From a virus (Duplodnaviria; Caudoviricetes): a stretch of DNA of 64,000 bases. The stretch covers positions 32,001-96,000 of IMG/VR virus record IMGVR_UViG_3300010167_001484. One strand, 5' to 3'. Numbering within the stretch: position 1 is the first letter of the stretch; each line of letters opens with the position of its first letter. A program made the translations under genes and the position numbers. Of the stretch, positions 20,812-29,928 are shown in pieces. Under the pieces are notes generated by a model that worked only from the letters and a program-made list of their open reading frames with translations, searched no databases and was not told where the DNA came from.

Positions 20812-21096
20812 ATGTTAACACCTTATTGGTTCAATAATATTAAATTAAATCAACCTAATTTGGGATTAACTGAGGAACAGTATAATGAAGGATTGTTAGG
20901 AACACGAAATATAGCTAAAATTCTGGATTTAACTCCTAGTACGGTTGCAAGATATTGCAGAAAGAAAATTATTAAAGCTTCTAGAAGTTTTTCGATTTCA
21001 TCTAATGGTTCGTGGCAAATCACACCTAAAGATTTACATATTATGATAAAGAAATATACTTATTTGGAGGAACAATATCGTGAAGAAGTTGATTAG
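20812..21096 (+). CDS. Helix-turn-helix DNA-binding protein (excisionase/MerR-like)
   Basis: LLGTRNIAKILDLTPSTVARYCRKKIIKA..GSWQI. Confidence 0.7.
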   Translation: MLTPYWFNNIKLNQPNLGLTEEQYNEGLLGTRNIAKILDLTPSTVARYCRKKIIKASRSFSISSNGSWQITPKDLHIMIKKYTYLEEQYREEVD

Positions 21097-21448
21097 AAGT
21101 AATCATGTATATGAAGATGAAATAGATGATGTAAGAGATGAGTTACTTCTTGCTATCAGTAATATGCGAACTAAAACCGTTAGTGGTATATGGCACGGTA
21201 CAGAAGGGGCATCTGCAGCTGAATATGTTCAAAAACAATTAGATATGTTAGAAAATGCATATAGTAATCTTCTGGAAGGTAATACTAAAAGTAAGATATG
21301 GAGTAACGGTCTTAGATCTTATGTAGAAAATAATATAGTAAATAGTAATATATGGCGTGATGATTTGAGTTCTGAGAAACAGATGAAAAGTGCATTCGGT
21401 AAGTTAGTTAGATGTTTACGAGACACTTTGGAACCTAAGTATAAATGA
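21080..21448 (+). CDS. Hypothetical protein with MKKLIRS leader
   Basis: RBS ggagg, GTG start. Confidence 0.6.
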   Translation: MKKLIRSNHVYEDEIDDVRDELLLAISNMRTKTVSGIWHGTEGASAAEYVQKQLDMLENAYSNLLEGNTKSKIWSNGLRSYVENNIVNSNIWRDDLSSEKQMKSAFGKLVRCLRDTLEPKYK

Positions 21449-21663
21449 TGTTGATTGATAATAAAGGTCATTTAGTGTCTGATGAATCTGAAGATGAACT
21501 TCATAAATTTGTATTTAAATTAGGTTTGAAACGAGAGTGGTATCAGAATAAACGTCTTCCACATTACGATGTAACAACTAAACATATGCGAAATAAAGCT
21601 CAGAATATGGGAGCTATATTTGTATCATCTAAAGAAATAGTTAAAGCATTAATTTCATTATAG
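21445..21663 (+). CDS. DUF4031 family protein
   Basis: H.VSD...ELH.F...LGLKREWYQ..R.PHYD.T...R.KA...GA. Confidence 0.75.
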   Translation: MMLIDNKGHLVSDESEDELHKFVFKLGLKREWYQNKRLPHYDVTTKHMRNKAQNMGAIFVSSKEIVKALISL

Positions 21664-21668
21664 TATAC

Positions 21669-22941
21669 AATCGTAATAAATAGCCCGATACTTTAGTACC
21701 GGGAAAAGAAAGAATTTCAATGAGCAAAAATGAAAAAATTAAAAATTCAATAGAGATAACAAGAATGCGACGAAAGTCTCAGGATTGTAAGACGTTTCAA
21801 TTGAAGTTGGATTGGTCAAAGTTGTCGAAGATTAAACGACAGCATCTGAAGAGATTGTTCTTAGAAAAGAAATGGTTGAGAAATCATATTATTGCTAGTG
21901 ATAATGTATTTGATATGAATCATACGAAGTTGACTCAAATTCAAGTTAAAGTTAAGGATAGATTTGAATTAAGAGATTTGATCTGTCTTTCTGCTCAGAT
22001 GCGTCAATCTATTGTTTATGAAATTTGGAATGATATCAAAGCTCTTGCAGCTTCAAGAAATTCAGGAAATGTTGTAGGAAAATTGAAATTTGTTTCAAGT
22101 TGCAATATGATAGATCTACCTCAATTTAACACTACATACTATATAGATGGAAATTGTTTGAAAATTCAGAAATTTAAAGGAACGTTTAAACTTCAAGGTT
22201 TAAAACAAATTCCAGAAGGTGCTGAATTTGCGAATGCAAAATTGATTCAGAAACCATCAGGATACTATGTGTACGTGATTTGTTTCGTCAATAAAGTTGA
22301 ACATGATTTGCCGAATCAACAGATTGGATTAGATTTTGGGATCAAAGATAATATCGCAGATTCAGAGGGTAAGAAACATAATTGGGAATTTGAAGAGTCG
22401 AGACGACTCAAAAGAGCTTCAAGAAAACAAAATCGCAGATATGTGAAGAAACAAAAATTATCAAATCGTCAGAGAAAAATAATAAATTTGGAATATGAAA
22501 AAATTGCAAATAAGAAGAAAGATGCAAGAAATAAATTTGTTTCAGAATTGAAAAACAATTACAACTTAATTGCAATTCAAGATGAGAACATTGCTGAATG
22601 GAAGTCATCAAAGATGAATGGTTGGGGCAAAAGAATCCATCACACAATAATGGGAGGAATAATCAGTGACATCAAACAACTGTCACAAACTGTCGTTATT
22701 GATAAATGGGAACCTACAACAAGACTTTGTCCAAATTGTAACAGATTGAATAACCCTTCGCTAGATGAGAGAGTTTACAACTGCATTTGCGGTTACAGTT
22801 GTGATCGAGATACTCATTCAGCAAGAAATATTCTTCGCATAGCAAAACTTCAGGTTGTGGGACGCAACCTTTATCGAGAAGATGTTCCTATAGGAGCTGC
22901 TTGACACTCGAAGCTTGGTACTTCAGTACCGAGTAGTTCAC
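21669..22941 (+). mobile_element. IS200/IS605-family non-autonomous (IS1341-like) element
   Basis: LE hairpin cccgatac-ttta-gtaccggg preceded by ATAG; RE hairpin cttggtac-ttca-gtaccgag preceded by GAAG and ending TCAC; tnpB only. Confidence 0.8.
21720..22904 (+). CDS. tnpB: RNA-guided endonuclease TnpB
   Basis: RuvC-I IGLDFG, RuvC-II IAIQDE, zinc finger CPNC..CICG, RuvC-III DRDTHSARNI. Confidence 0.9.
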   Translation: MSKNEKIKNSIEITRMRRKSQDCKTFQLKLDWSKLSKIKRQHLKRLFLEKKWLRNHIIASDNVFDMNHTKLTQIQVKVKDRFELRDLICLSAQMRQSIVYEIWNDIKALAASRNSGNVVGKLKFVSSCNMIDLPQFNTTYYIDGNCLKIQKFKGTFKLQGLKQIPEGAEFANAKLIQKPSGYYVYVICFVNKVEHDLPNQQIGLDFGIKDNIADSEGKKHNWEFEESRRLKRASRKQNRRYVKKQKLSNRQRKIINLEYEKIANKKKDARNKFVSELKNNYNLIAIQDENIAEWKSSKMNGWGKRIHHTIMGGIISDIKQLSQTVVIDKWEPTTRLCPNCNRLNNPSLDERVYNCICGYSCDRDTHSARNILRIAKLQVVGRNLYREDVPIGAA

Positions 22942-22960
22942 ATGAATTAATTTCAAATAA
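22790..22960 (+). ncRNA. Putative TnpB omega/reRNA (5' boundary approximate); guide starts at 22942
   Basis: Established reRNA architecture overlapping tnpB 3' end and RE hairpin; not directly observable. Confidence 0.5.
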
Positions 22961-23105
22961 TAGTCAGAATTTCTCTTTTGGAACTAAAAAGAGCTTGAAG
23001 ATTGCATAGAAGATGTTTTCACTGAATATCTAAGTGAAATAAGAGATGAGTTAGCTGTTAAACCTGAACTAATTGATTGATATATGAACAATAAGGAGAT
23101 TTCTT

Positions 23106-23567
23106 ATGAAAAAATTAATTAAATCTGATAATAACGTTCGTTCCACAAAGGGTACAACTTTCTATAGAATGACTATAGATCAAATTAAAGATGCATTCAA
23201 AGATAGTTATAATATCTGGATAAGTAAAACATTCGATGAATTAGGTCTAGATGCAATTAATTTTGATATGTTATATGGAAGTGCTCAGGATTATAACGGT
23301 CTGATGTATTATTGTGATTCTGATGGTTATGAAATTGATATAGATGGTGAAATGGTTGATCCAGAAGAGGCTCTTAATAGTTATGATCCTGAGGATGAGC
23401 TTGCTCCTTATACTAAACAAGCGACATCAGAAATAATTCTTAAAAATATAACTGTTCATGAAATACAGACACCTTCTTTTGATAAATGGGCTGAAGATTT
23501 GATGAGAGATGGTTATAGTTTCACTAGTTTAATTAAAGCGAAAGATGAATTCTGGCCAGAATCTTAA
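23106..23567 (+). CDS. Hypothetical protein with MKKLIKS leader
   Basis: RBS aaggag. Confidence 0.6.
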   Translation: MKKLIKSDNNVRSTKGTTFYRMTIDQIKDAFKDSYNIWISKTFDELGLDAINFDMLYGSAQDYNGLMYYCDSDGYEIDIDGEMVDPEEALNSYDPEDELAPYTKQATSEIILKNITVHEIQTPSFDKWAEDLMRDGYSFTSLIKAKDEFWPES

Positions 23568-23583
23568 TAAGGAGAGATTTAAA

Positions 23584-24048
23584 ATGGGTGAGCCCACAGG
23601 AAATTTTATTAGAAATGCTAACGGTGTAAGAAGTGTGAATGTGAAGAAAGATTCAACATCTGCAACTAAACTTTGTTGTACAAATTGTAATAAAGAGGTT
23701 GCAGGTGGTACATACATTTCTGGTGTATTCTATTGTCCAATGTGTTATAGTGTGATAGTTGCTAATCTTTCAAAAGGGGAGAAGCAAATTTCTAACATAT
23801 CTGTTCCTTCTATAGATATGCTACCAGATGCTTGTAAATGTTGTAGTAATCATCCCAGTAATGGGGGTACAGGTATATGCCACTGTACTATTCCATATTT
23901 TAGTAAACCCGGTTATCCTCAAGTAAATACAATAACTACAACAAATTCTACACCTTATAATCAAAGAATTTCAAATAATACTTATGCTGAGGATAGACGA
24001 AATAGTAAAGTATATTTGAGGAGATTTTACTCTGTCAAATTGGACTAA
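23584..24048 (+). CDS. Cys-rich hypothetical protein
   Basis: CTNC..CPMC; CKCCSNHPSNGGTGICHC. Confidence 0.6.
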   Translation: MGEPTGNFIRNANGVRSVNVKKDSTSATKLCCTNCNKEVAGGTYISGVFYCPMCYSVIVANLSKGEKQISNISVPSIDMLPDACKCCSNHPSNGGTGICHCTIPYFSKPGYPQVNTITTTNSTPYNQRISNNTYAEDRRNSKVYLRRFYSVKLD

Positions 24049-24065
24049 TTTTTCACAATAATTGT

Positions 24066-24102
24066 AAAATAGTGTATCTATTTTTCTAGATGCACTATTT
24101 TT
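24066..24102 (+). terminator. Terminator hairpin
   Basis: aaaatagtgtatcta..tagatgcactatttt. Confidence 0.7.
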
Positions 24103-24111
24103 ATGTAAACA

Positions 24112-24153
24112 TTTCGTTATTGTATGTAATAAATCAAATAATCCATAAAGGAG
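24112..24153 (+). promoter_or_regulatory. Phage promoter TTTCGTTATTG plus conserved leader
   Basis: Leader identical to 7358. Confidence 0.75.
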
Positions 24154-24161
24154 TGATTACA

Positions 24162-24833
24162 ATGTTAGTAGAACCTATCCAGATTCAGTTAGCAGAAGAA
24201 ACTATGAGAACAATTAAGTTATTAGAAGGTGTGCTTGATCCGTTTATAGATGTACCTCATAGATTCACATCTAAAGAATATAGTGATATGATAATAATCA
24301 CTGTTGATCTAATTGATAATATAACTGATAGGGAGATATTTGGAGCAAATTTTCATATCTATTGGGATATTAGGAATGGTATCAGGATGAATTTTGGTAA
24401 TATGGGACCTTTTTCTATATTTCATAATAGTCAAGTTGATCTTATAAGAATCATGAATAATATTCTTACAAATGCTTCTGAGATCCGTGATAAATTTCGT
24501 GATATAATTTATTCATCTAAGATGGGTGAATTGAAGAAAGCAGTAAGTGAAGCTGAGATTGAGGAAGGATATAAAGTAGCAGAATTTATCAAGAAGCTTG
24601 AAGGTGAGATTGAGGTTGGAATGGAATTTAGAGGATTTAATCCTAGTAATTTAGGTCGTGGTGATTATACATTAACAGTTATAAAGATAACACCTAAGCG
24701 TATTACAGTTTATGTTCCTGTTTTAGATAAGATGTTTAATCTGAATCGTCATAAGTTTGCATGTAATATATATGATAAGATATATGAATGTATCAACTAT
24801 GTGAAAGTGGAAGGAGATGATTATAATGACTAA
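24162..24833 (+). CDS. Hypothetical protein
   Basis: ATG after aaggag. Confidence 0.65.
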   Translation: MLVEPIQIQLAEETMRTIKLLEGVLDPFIDVPHRFTSKEYSDMIIITVDLIDNITDREIFGANFHIYWDIRNGIRMNFGNMGPFSIFHNSQVDLIRIMNNILTNASEIRDKFRDIIYSSKMGELKKAVSEAEIEEGYKVAEFIKKLEGEIEVGMEFRGFNPSNLGRGDYTLTVIKITPKRITVYVPVLDKMFNLNRHKFACNIYDKIYECINYVKVEGDDYND

Positions 24834-25095
24834 CATAGAGTCGTTGAGATCAAAGGTCGTCACATATAAAGATATAGAATCTGCCGCAGATAACAGATTT
24901 GGTGGATTTGTATACGAAGATGCTGCTTGGTTAGCTAGTGTAAATACTACTGAAGGATTTAAATCTTATATTGAAAGCATACTGCCTAGTTATCTGAAAG
25001 TTGTTGAATATGGTTCTACTAAGATTGTTGATGCATATGTTAAACTAAACAATGGAATTCGTATTAATGGTAATGATTCTTGTTACAGAATTTGA
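24817..25095 (+). CDS. Hypothetical protein
   Basis: ORF. Confidence 0.55.
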   Translation: MIIMTNIESLRSKVVTYKDIESAADNRFGGFVYEDAAWLASVNTTEGFKSYIESILPSYLKVVEYGSTKIVDAYVKLNNGIRINGNDSCYRI

Positions 25096-25106
25096 TTTCG
25101 TTATAT
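25096..25106 (+). promoter_or_regulatory. Phage promoter motif TTTCGTTATAT
   Basis: Directly follows stop codon. Confidence 0.65.
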
Positions 25107-25138
25107 GGAATATAAATTAAAATTGGAGGTAAATATCA

Positions 25139-25591
25139 ATGAATACAGAAGTAGAAGTAGCCTACACAATCATAGGTGAGAAGAAAAGGTTCACATTCGA
25201 AGATGTGAGAACCAATGTAAGAAACGGTGTATTCGAAGGGAAGGTAGAATATCCTGAAGATGGAATACTCAAGTATGATCATGTCTTTGATGAAGATCAA
25301 AGTGTTCGCTGGAATCGTGAACAAGTTTCGCAACATAATTCGATAGTTAGATCAGCAAAAGATTCTTGGACTGCAGAGCAGAATTTGATGTACAATAGAT
25401 TTCGTACTCAACTTATATCTGCAATCATGGATGATATAAGATGTATCAGTGAAGAAACTGCATCTAAGATATTCGATGAAGCATGGAGCGACGGTCATTC
25501 TTCAGGTTATGAATCTGTTATAGATGCAGCTGATAGGTTAGTAGATTTTTTTAGCATTATCATCAAGATGGAAGGATGGGATGAAAAATGA
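25139..25591 (+). CDS. Hypothetical protein
   Basis: RBS ggaggt. Confidence 0.65.
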   Translation: MNTEVEVAYTIIGEKKRFTFEDVRTNVRNGVFEGKVEYPEDGILKYDHVFDEDQSVRWNREQVSQHNSIVRSAKDSWTAEQNLMYNRFRTQLISAIMDDIRCISEETASKIFDEAWSDGHSSGYESVIDAADRLVDFFSIIIKMEGWDEK

Positions 25592-25875
25592 CATTACTTG
25601 AAGCAATGGTTCAACTTTACAATCATGATGACAAGAAGAAGTATGTTTCATTCACCATTTCTTTTCCAGATGTAACACGTACTGCAATAATTAAAAAACA
25701 CTGGAGTAAAGTTTTGAAGCAGTGGAATTATTTTATCAAAGAAACGTATTTACCTAATTTTGCGTATGATGAAGAAAAAATCATACCTGCAATTGCTGGG
25801 ATATCTGGTGTATCTTTATTTCTCAATATGATTACATGTAAGGTATCTGATGTAGAATATGGGGATGCAAAATGA
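25588..25875 (+). CDS. Hypothetical protein
   Basis: ATGA overlap. Confidence 0.55.
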   Translation: MTLLEAMVQLYNHDDKKKYVSFTISFPDVTRTAIIKKHWSKVLKQWNYFIKETYLPNFAYDEEKIIPAIAGISGVSLFLNMITCKVSDVEYGDAK

Positions 25876-26180
25876 GTACAATAAAGCAGAAAGTTGAGGC
25901 TATTCTTCAACTTAGTGAAAAAGCTAGAAATGACGATAAGTATTTGATATTATTGTATTGGAGTAGGGTTGATCTTATTAGGTTAAAAAATAATCCTAAC
26001 ATAGTAGACGATATCATTCAGAATGCAACTTCGCCTAGTTCTATAATACGGGCAAGAACATTAGTACAATCTAATGGTTTATATCCTCCAACAGAAGAAA
26101 TGGTATTGAAGAGACGTAGTAGAGAAGAAAGTATGCGAGATAGTATCGCTAGATTAGGAGAGGTGTACGAAGGTGAATAA
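25872..26180 (+). CDS. Hypothetical phage protein
   Basis: ATGA overlap; ARNDD..L..YW..D..SIIRAR..Q..G.YPP. Confidence 0.6.
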   Translation: MSTIKQKVEAILQLSEKARNDDKYLILLYWSRVDLIRLKNNPNIVDDIIQNATSPSSIIRARTLVQSNGLYPPTEEMVLKRRSREESMRDSIARLGEVYEGE

Positions 26181-26183
26181 GAT

Positions 26184-26414
26184 ATGATGACAGTAAAAGA
26201 AGTATTAGATGATATTCAAACACTGGATGGGGGAGATACATTACTTTGCCAGCTTATGGCTCTGCATAAGCACAGTTCAGGTAATGAAGATAAGGTGAAT
26301 ATGTTGAATGATCTAGGACTGAGTCTAAGTAATTTACAAGAATTGAGATCTGCAATGGCACGTATTAAGAAATCAATAGCTGTTAAATTGTATAATACTG
26401 AGGTTAATATATAA
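26184..26414 (+). CDS. Hypothetical protein
   Basis: ORF. Confidence 0.55.
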   Translation: MMTVKEVLDDIQTLDGGDTLLCQLMALHKHSSGNEDKVNMLNDLGLSLSNLQELRSAMARIKKSIAVKLYNTEVNI

Positions 26415-26426
26415 AGGAGAATAAAT

Positions 26427-27095
26427 ATGCATGTTGTTAGAAACAGAGATTATATGTTTGCTGGTTGTGTATATTGTGGTTGTGATTATTGTTTCAATGC
26501 TATAGGTGTTCGCGGTGGTGGAGTAAGTGTTCTAGAATGTGGAGAATGTAACGAATCATTTATTGTACTTGCTGATGGACGTACACAATCTACAATGGGT
26601 TTTGGTGTTAAAGAAGGACACGTTACAACTAGATTCAACTTTATTGAAGAAGGTATTCCGGAGCTTGTAAAGCAAACATGTTATGATGACGATGGATATT
26701 GGTATCCAACGGTTGGCGAGCATCCAAGACGAGATATCGCTAAGCATGAATATGTAAAACCTGACATAAGGCCGGATGACGGTATTGGGGAGTTCTGGAC
26801 ACCTCGTGGTGTAGGGCATGATGGACATAGTCCAAACATATCCGGATTTGTAAAAAGTAAACAAGCTGGAGAACGTATTCTAGAGATGTTCCAGAATGCT
26901 AGAAACAAGAATAATCAATTCAAAGATGAATCAACTGAATTGACTGAAAATACATGGTTAGATTATCGCAAACGAGAGCCTGATTGGATTCAGTTCAAAG
27001 TAAGCTCAGATGATGCTGATGTTAATAGATTATATGAACTTACAAAAGATACAAGCATCATAACACAAGATATCATTGACGAAGTGTGTAAATAA
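26427..27095 (+). CDS. Hypothetical protein with N-terminal zinc ribbon
   Basis: CVYCG..CGEC; RBS aaggag. Confidence 0.65.
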   Translation: MHVVRNRDYMFAGCVYCGCDYCFNAIGVRGGGVSVLECGECNESFIVLADGRTQSTMGFGVKEGHVTTRFNFIEEGIPELVKQTCYDDDGYWYPTVGEHPRRDIAKHEYVKPDIRPDDGIGEFWTPRGVGHDGHSPNISGFVKSKQAGERILEMFQNARNKNNQFKDESTELTENTWLDYRKREPDWIQFKVSSDDADVNRLYELTKDTSIITQDIIDEVCK

Positions 27096-27107
27096 TTTTT
27101 CAAATAA

Positions 27108-27150
27108 TTTCGTTATAGTATACATAATAATCAAATAATCCAAAAGGAGA
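27108..27150 (+). promoter_or_regulatory. Phage promoter plus conserved leader
   Basis: TTTCGTTATAGTATACATAATAATCAAATAATCCAAAAGGAGA. Confidence 0.75.
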
Positions 27151-27154
27151 GTGT

Positions 27155-27442
27155 ATGATGATATTAGATCTTAGAGGAGATAATCGTAAGCAGTTTATCA
27201 CAGCTATTGCATTGCATGGTGTACGTAATACTGAACTTGAGAATATACATGCAGGTGAATATGAGGGAAATATTATTGATGATTCAACAATGCGAATTTT
27301 GATGCTTGATATTGAAAAGCAAATTGATATGGTTTTAACAATGATTGAAAATAATGCACCATTTCCTTATATGCGTCGTTCTTGGGATGTTCCACAGGAA
27401 GAATATGATAGATTTGTTGCTTTATGTGAATCGTCTAAATAA
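27155..27442 (+). CDS. Hypothetical protein in single-gene cassette
   Basis: Flanked by two near-identical promoter/leader repeats. Confidence 0.65.
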   Translation: MMILDLRGDNRKQFITAIALHGVRNTELENIHAGEYEGNIIDDSTMRILMLDIEKQIDMVLTMIENNAPFPYMRRSWDVPQEEYDRFVALCESSK

Positions 27443-27485
27443 TTTCGTTATAGTGTATATAATAATCAAATAATCCAAAAGGAGA
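27443..27485 (+). promoter_or_regulatory. Phage promoter plus conserved leader
   Basis: TTTCGTTATAGTGTATATAATAATCAAATAATCCAAAAGGAGA. Confidence 0.75.
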
Positions 27486-27492
27486 ATATATA

Positions 27493-28437
27493 ATGGAACT
27501 CACACCAAAAATCATATATGATAAACTTTCAGAAGATGTGATAGGGCAAGAAAATGCTAAAAAACTTCTAAGTGTTGCAGGATATAATCATTTCATAAGA
27601 TGTATGAATCTCGATAAGGGTATAGAGAAGTCAAATCTTATTCTCATTGGACCAACGGGATGTGGTAAAACTTTATTAATGAAATCTTTAGCTAAGATTT
27701 TGAAAATACCTTATGCTATATCAGATGCAACAACTTTAACTCAAGCAGGATATGTCGGAGAAGACGTTCAAAATTGTCTATTACGATTAATTCAAAATGC
27801 TAATATGAATGTAGAATTAGCAGAACGTGGAATCTGTTATATAGATGAAATTGATAAATTAGGAAGAAAATCTGAATCACCTTCTATAACACGTGACGTT
27901 AGTGGAGAAGGTGTTCAACAATCATTATTGAAGTTAATTGAGGGCGATATTGTAAATGTACCGGCTACTGGAGGTCGTAAACGTCCTACTGCAGAGTTAG
28001 ATAATTATATCACAATAGATACTTCAAATATATTATTTATCTGCAGTGGTTCTTTTGAAGATTTAGGATATAAAGATAAAGTAACAACAGACGATTTGAA
28101 GAAATTCGGTATGATGCCTGAGCTTCTCGGTCGTCTTCCTGTTGTAGCTAAACTTGATGATCTTTCAGTAGAAGATATTATTAGAATTCTTACAGAACCT
28201 AAGAATTCTATTGTTACTCAATATAAGAAATTATTTGAGTTGAATGGAAGCAAATTGTATATTCAAAAAACAGCTCTTGTGAGTATTGCAGAATATGCAA
28301 TAGAAAAAAGGATAGGAGCAAGAGGACTTCGTAGTATTCTTGAAACTATTCTACTTGATTTCATGTTTGAATTTCCTGAAGACGGTGATACAATTATTGG
28401 TCCTGAATATGTATATGATATATTGGTAGGTATTTGA
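27493..28437 (+). CDS. clpX: ClpX-family AAA+ unfoldase lacking zinc-binding domain and IGF loop
   Basis: [50 protein letters not shown]. Confidence 0.9.
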   Translation: MELTPKIIYDKLSEDVIGQENAKKLLSVAGYNHFIRCMNLDKGIEKSNLILIGPTGCGKTLLMKSLAKILKIPYAISDATTLTQAGYVGEDVQNCLLRLIQNANMNVELAERGICYIDEIDKLGRKSESPSITRDVSGEGVQQSLLKLIEGDIVNVPATGGRKRPTAELDNYITIDTSNILFICSGSFEDLGYKDKVTTDDLKKFGMMPELLGRLPVVAKLDDLSVEDIIRILTEPKNSIVTQYKKLFELNGSKLYIQKTALVSIAEYAIEKRIGARGLRSILETILLDFMFEFPEDGDTIIGPEYVYDILVGI

Positions 28438-28619
28438 TGATGAAAGATATATTTGAAATGACTCCGAAAGAGTTAGAGGATGCACTTAGAGATCCGAATT
28501 TGTTAGCATATCTTGCAAGTGAAGGGATAATGGTACATATAGATGAGGATACAGTAGATGAAGATGGGTTGCATCTTATTCACATCTGGGGTACTGATCC
28601 TGATTCTACGAGACATTAG
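28434..28619 (+). CDS. Hypothetical protein
   Basis: Coupled ORF. Confidence 0.5.
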   Translation: MMMKDIFEMTPKELEDALRDPNLLAYLASEGIMVHIDEDTVDEDGLHLIHIWGTDPDSTRH

Positions 28620-28652
28620 TTGATTGAAATGGATTTAGAAATCTTAAAATAA

Positions 28653-28663
28653 TTTCGTTATAG
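28653..28663 (+). promoter_or_regulatory. Phage promoter motif TTTCGTTATAG
   Basis: Exact copy. Confidence 0.7.
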
Positions 28664-28706
28664 TAGATGTAGTTCAAATTGAAATCAATTAAGGAGGAAA
28701 TTTACA

Positions 28707-29660
28707 ATGTCAATGGTATACGTAAAAGATCTACCCTGGTCAGGTGTCGGAGCAAAATTCGATAAAACACCTACTACATCAAAAGAAATCATAGATGGTG
28801 GTAAGATAGGGTTCAGATCTGCATCTACCCCAATGTACACTCAGCATCATACTCATGAAGATATCGGGAATTATCACGTGATGTATCGCGAGGATACAAA
28901 CGAACCCATCGGAGTAATCAATCAACAGAAGATTAAGATTACTCAAAACGAAAACATGTTCAGAGCTGTCGAATCGCTCATAGGTATAGATTTAGTACCT
29001 ACATCGGCAGCTATGGTAGGTAGAGGTAGTAAGGTTTTTGGATTCTTCAAGACGAACGAAGGATACAAAGTTGAAGGTGATGATATTGATCATTATGTCG
29101 TCATAATGAACGATCATCTCAAACCTGACGGTAAGATAACAGTTCTTAATTATCCCGTTCGGCTTGTATGTACAAACGGCTTGACAGAAATCGTTGGAAG
29201 GATAAGTAAATATCGTGTATCGTGTTCAGATAATATGGTAGAAAATCAGTCGATTGCTGCTTTCATTCGAGATCGAGTATTGAATACTCAAATAGTTCTT
29301 GAAAGGAATGCTGAGAATAAACTCAAACAGAAGCTTACAAAAGAACATGTTGAAAAGATTCTCGATGATTTGTTCCCTTATCTAAAAGCTGATGTCGGTT
29401 CATCTCATGACAGAGCAAATGAAACAACGTCAATGATTAGAGAAACATTCCTTACAAAGTGTATGAATGCCGATGATCTTCAGAACTTCAAAGGAACATT
29501 CTATCAGCTTGAAAATGCGCTCTTGGATTTTTCACAACATTATTTCATGTCCAACGAAAAAGGTATTGATCTCGAAAGACGTCTTGCAGAAATGCCTGGA
29601 TTAGTATCCAATTATCAGATGAGTAAATATTTCAAATTACAACGGCAATTAGTTGCATAG
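28707..29660 (+). CDS. DUF932/DUF945 family protein
   Basis: LPW.G.G, R.DT...IG, QN..MF, DG.....YPVRLVCTN, GT.Y...NA..DF..H. Confidence 0.75.
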   Translation: MSMVYVKDLPWSGVGAKFDKTPTTSKEIIDGGKIGFRSASTPMYTQHHTHEDIGNYHVMYREDTNEPIGVINQQKIKITQNENMFRAVESLIGIDLVPTSAAMVGRGSKVFGFFKTNEGYKVEGDDIDHYVVIMNDHLKPDGKITVLNYPVRLVCTNGLTEIVGRISKYRVSCSDNMVENQSIAAFIRDRVLNTQIVLERNAENKLKQKLTKEHVEKILDDLFPYLKADVGSSHDRANETTSMIRETFLTKCMNADDLQNFKGTFYQLENALLDFSQHYFMSNEKGIDLERRLAEMPGLVSNYQMSKYFKLQRQLVA

Positions 29661-29678
29661 TATATGATGAATTATCAG

Positions 29679-29709
29679 TAAGACCGAGTTTGTAATGAAT
29701 TCGGTCTTA
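29679..29709 (+). terminator. Putative terminator hairpin
   Basis: taagaccgagtt..aattcggtctta. Confidence 0.6.
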
Positions 29710-29736
29710 TAGTGTATCTTGATTTTTAATTATAAA

Positions 29737-29747
29737 TTTCGTTATAA
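29737..29747 (+). promoter_or_regulatory. Phage promoter motif TTTCGTTATAA
   Basis: Copy of repeated motif. Confidence 0.65.
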
Positions 29748-29820
29748 TGAATGTAGGTAATTTTGTCATATTAACAAAGTATGTGGATTTAAATGTTATG
29801 ATATATCAGGAGAATATACA

Positions 29821-29928
29821 ATGAAAAAATTAATTAGAAATACGCATATATTTGGTATGTCTAATATATCGCCAAATGGAATAAAAGATATGAGGATTAA
29901 ATATGAAAACATTGATAGTAGCTGCTAA
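29821..29928 (+). CDS. 35-aa ORF or truncated gene consisting largely of the MKKLIR..IFGMSN leader
   Basis: RBS aggag; MKKLIRNTHIFGMSNISPNGIKDMRIKYENIDSSC. Confidence 0.4.
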   Translation: MKKLIRNTHIFGMSNISPNGIKDMRIKYENIDSSC

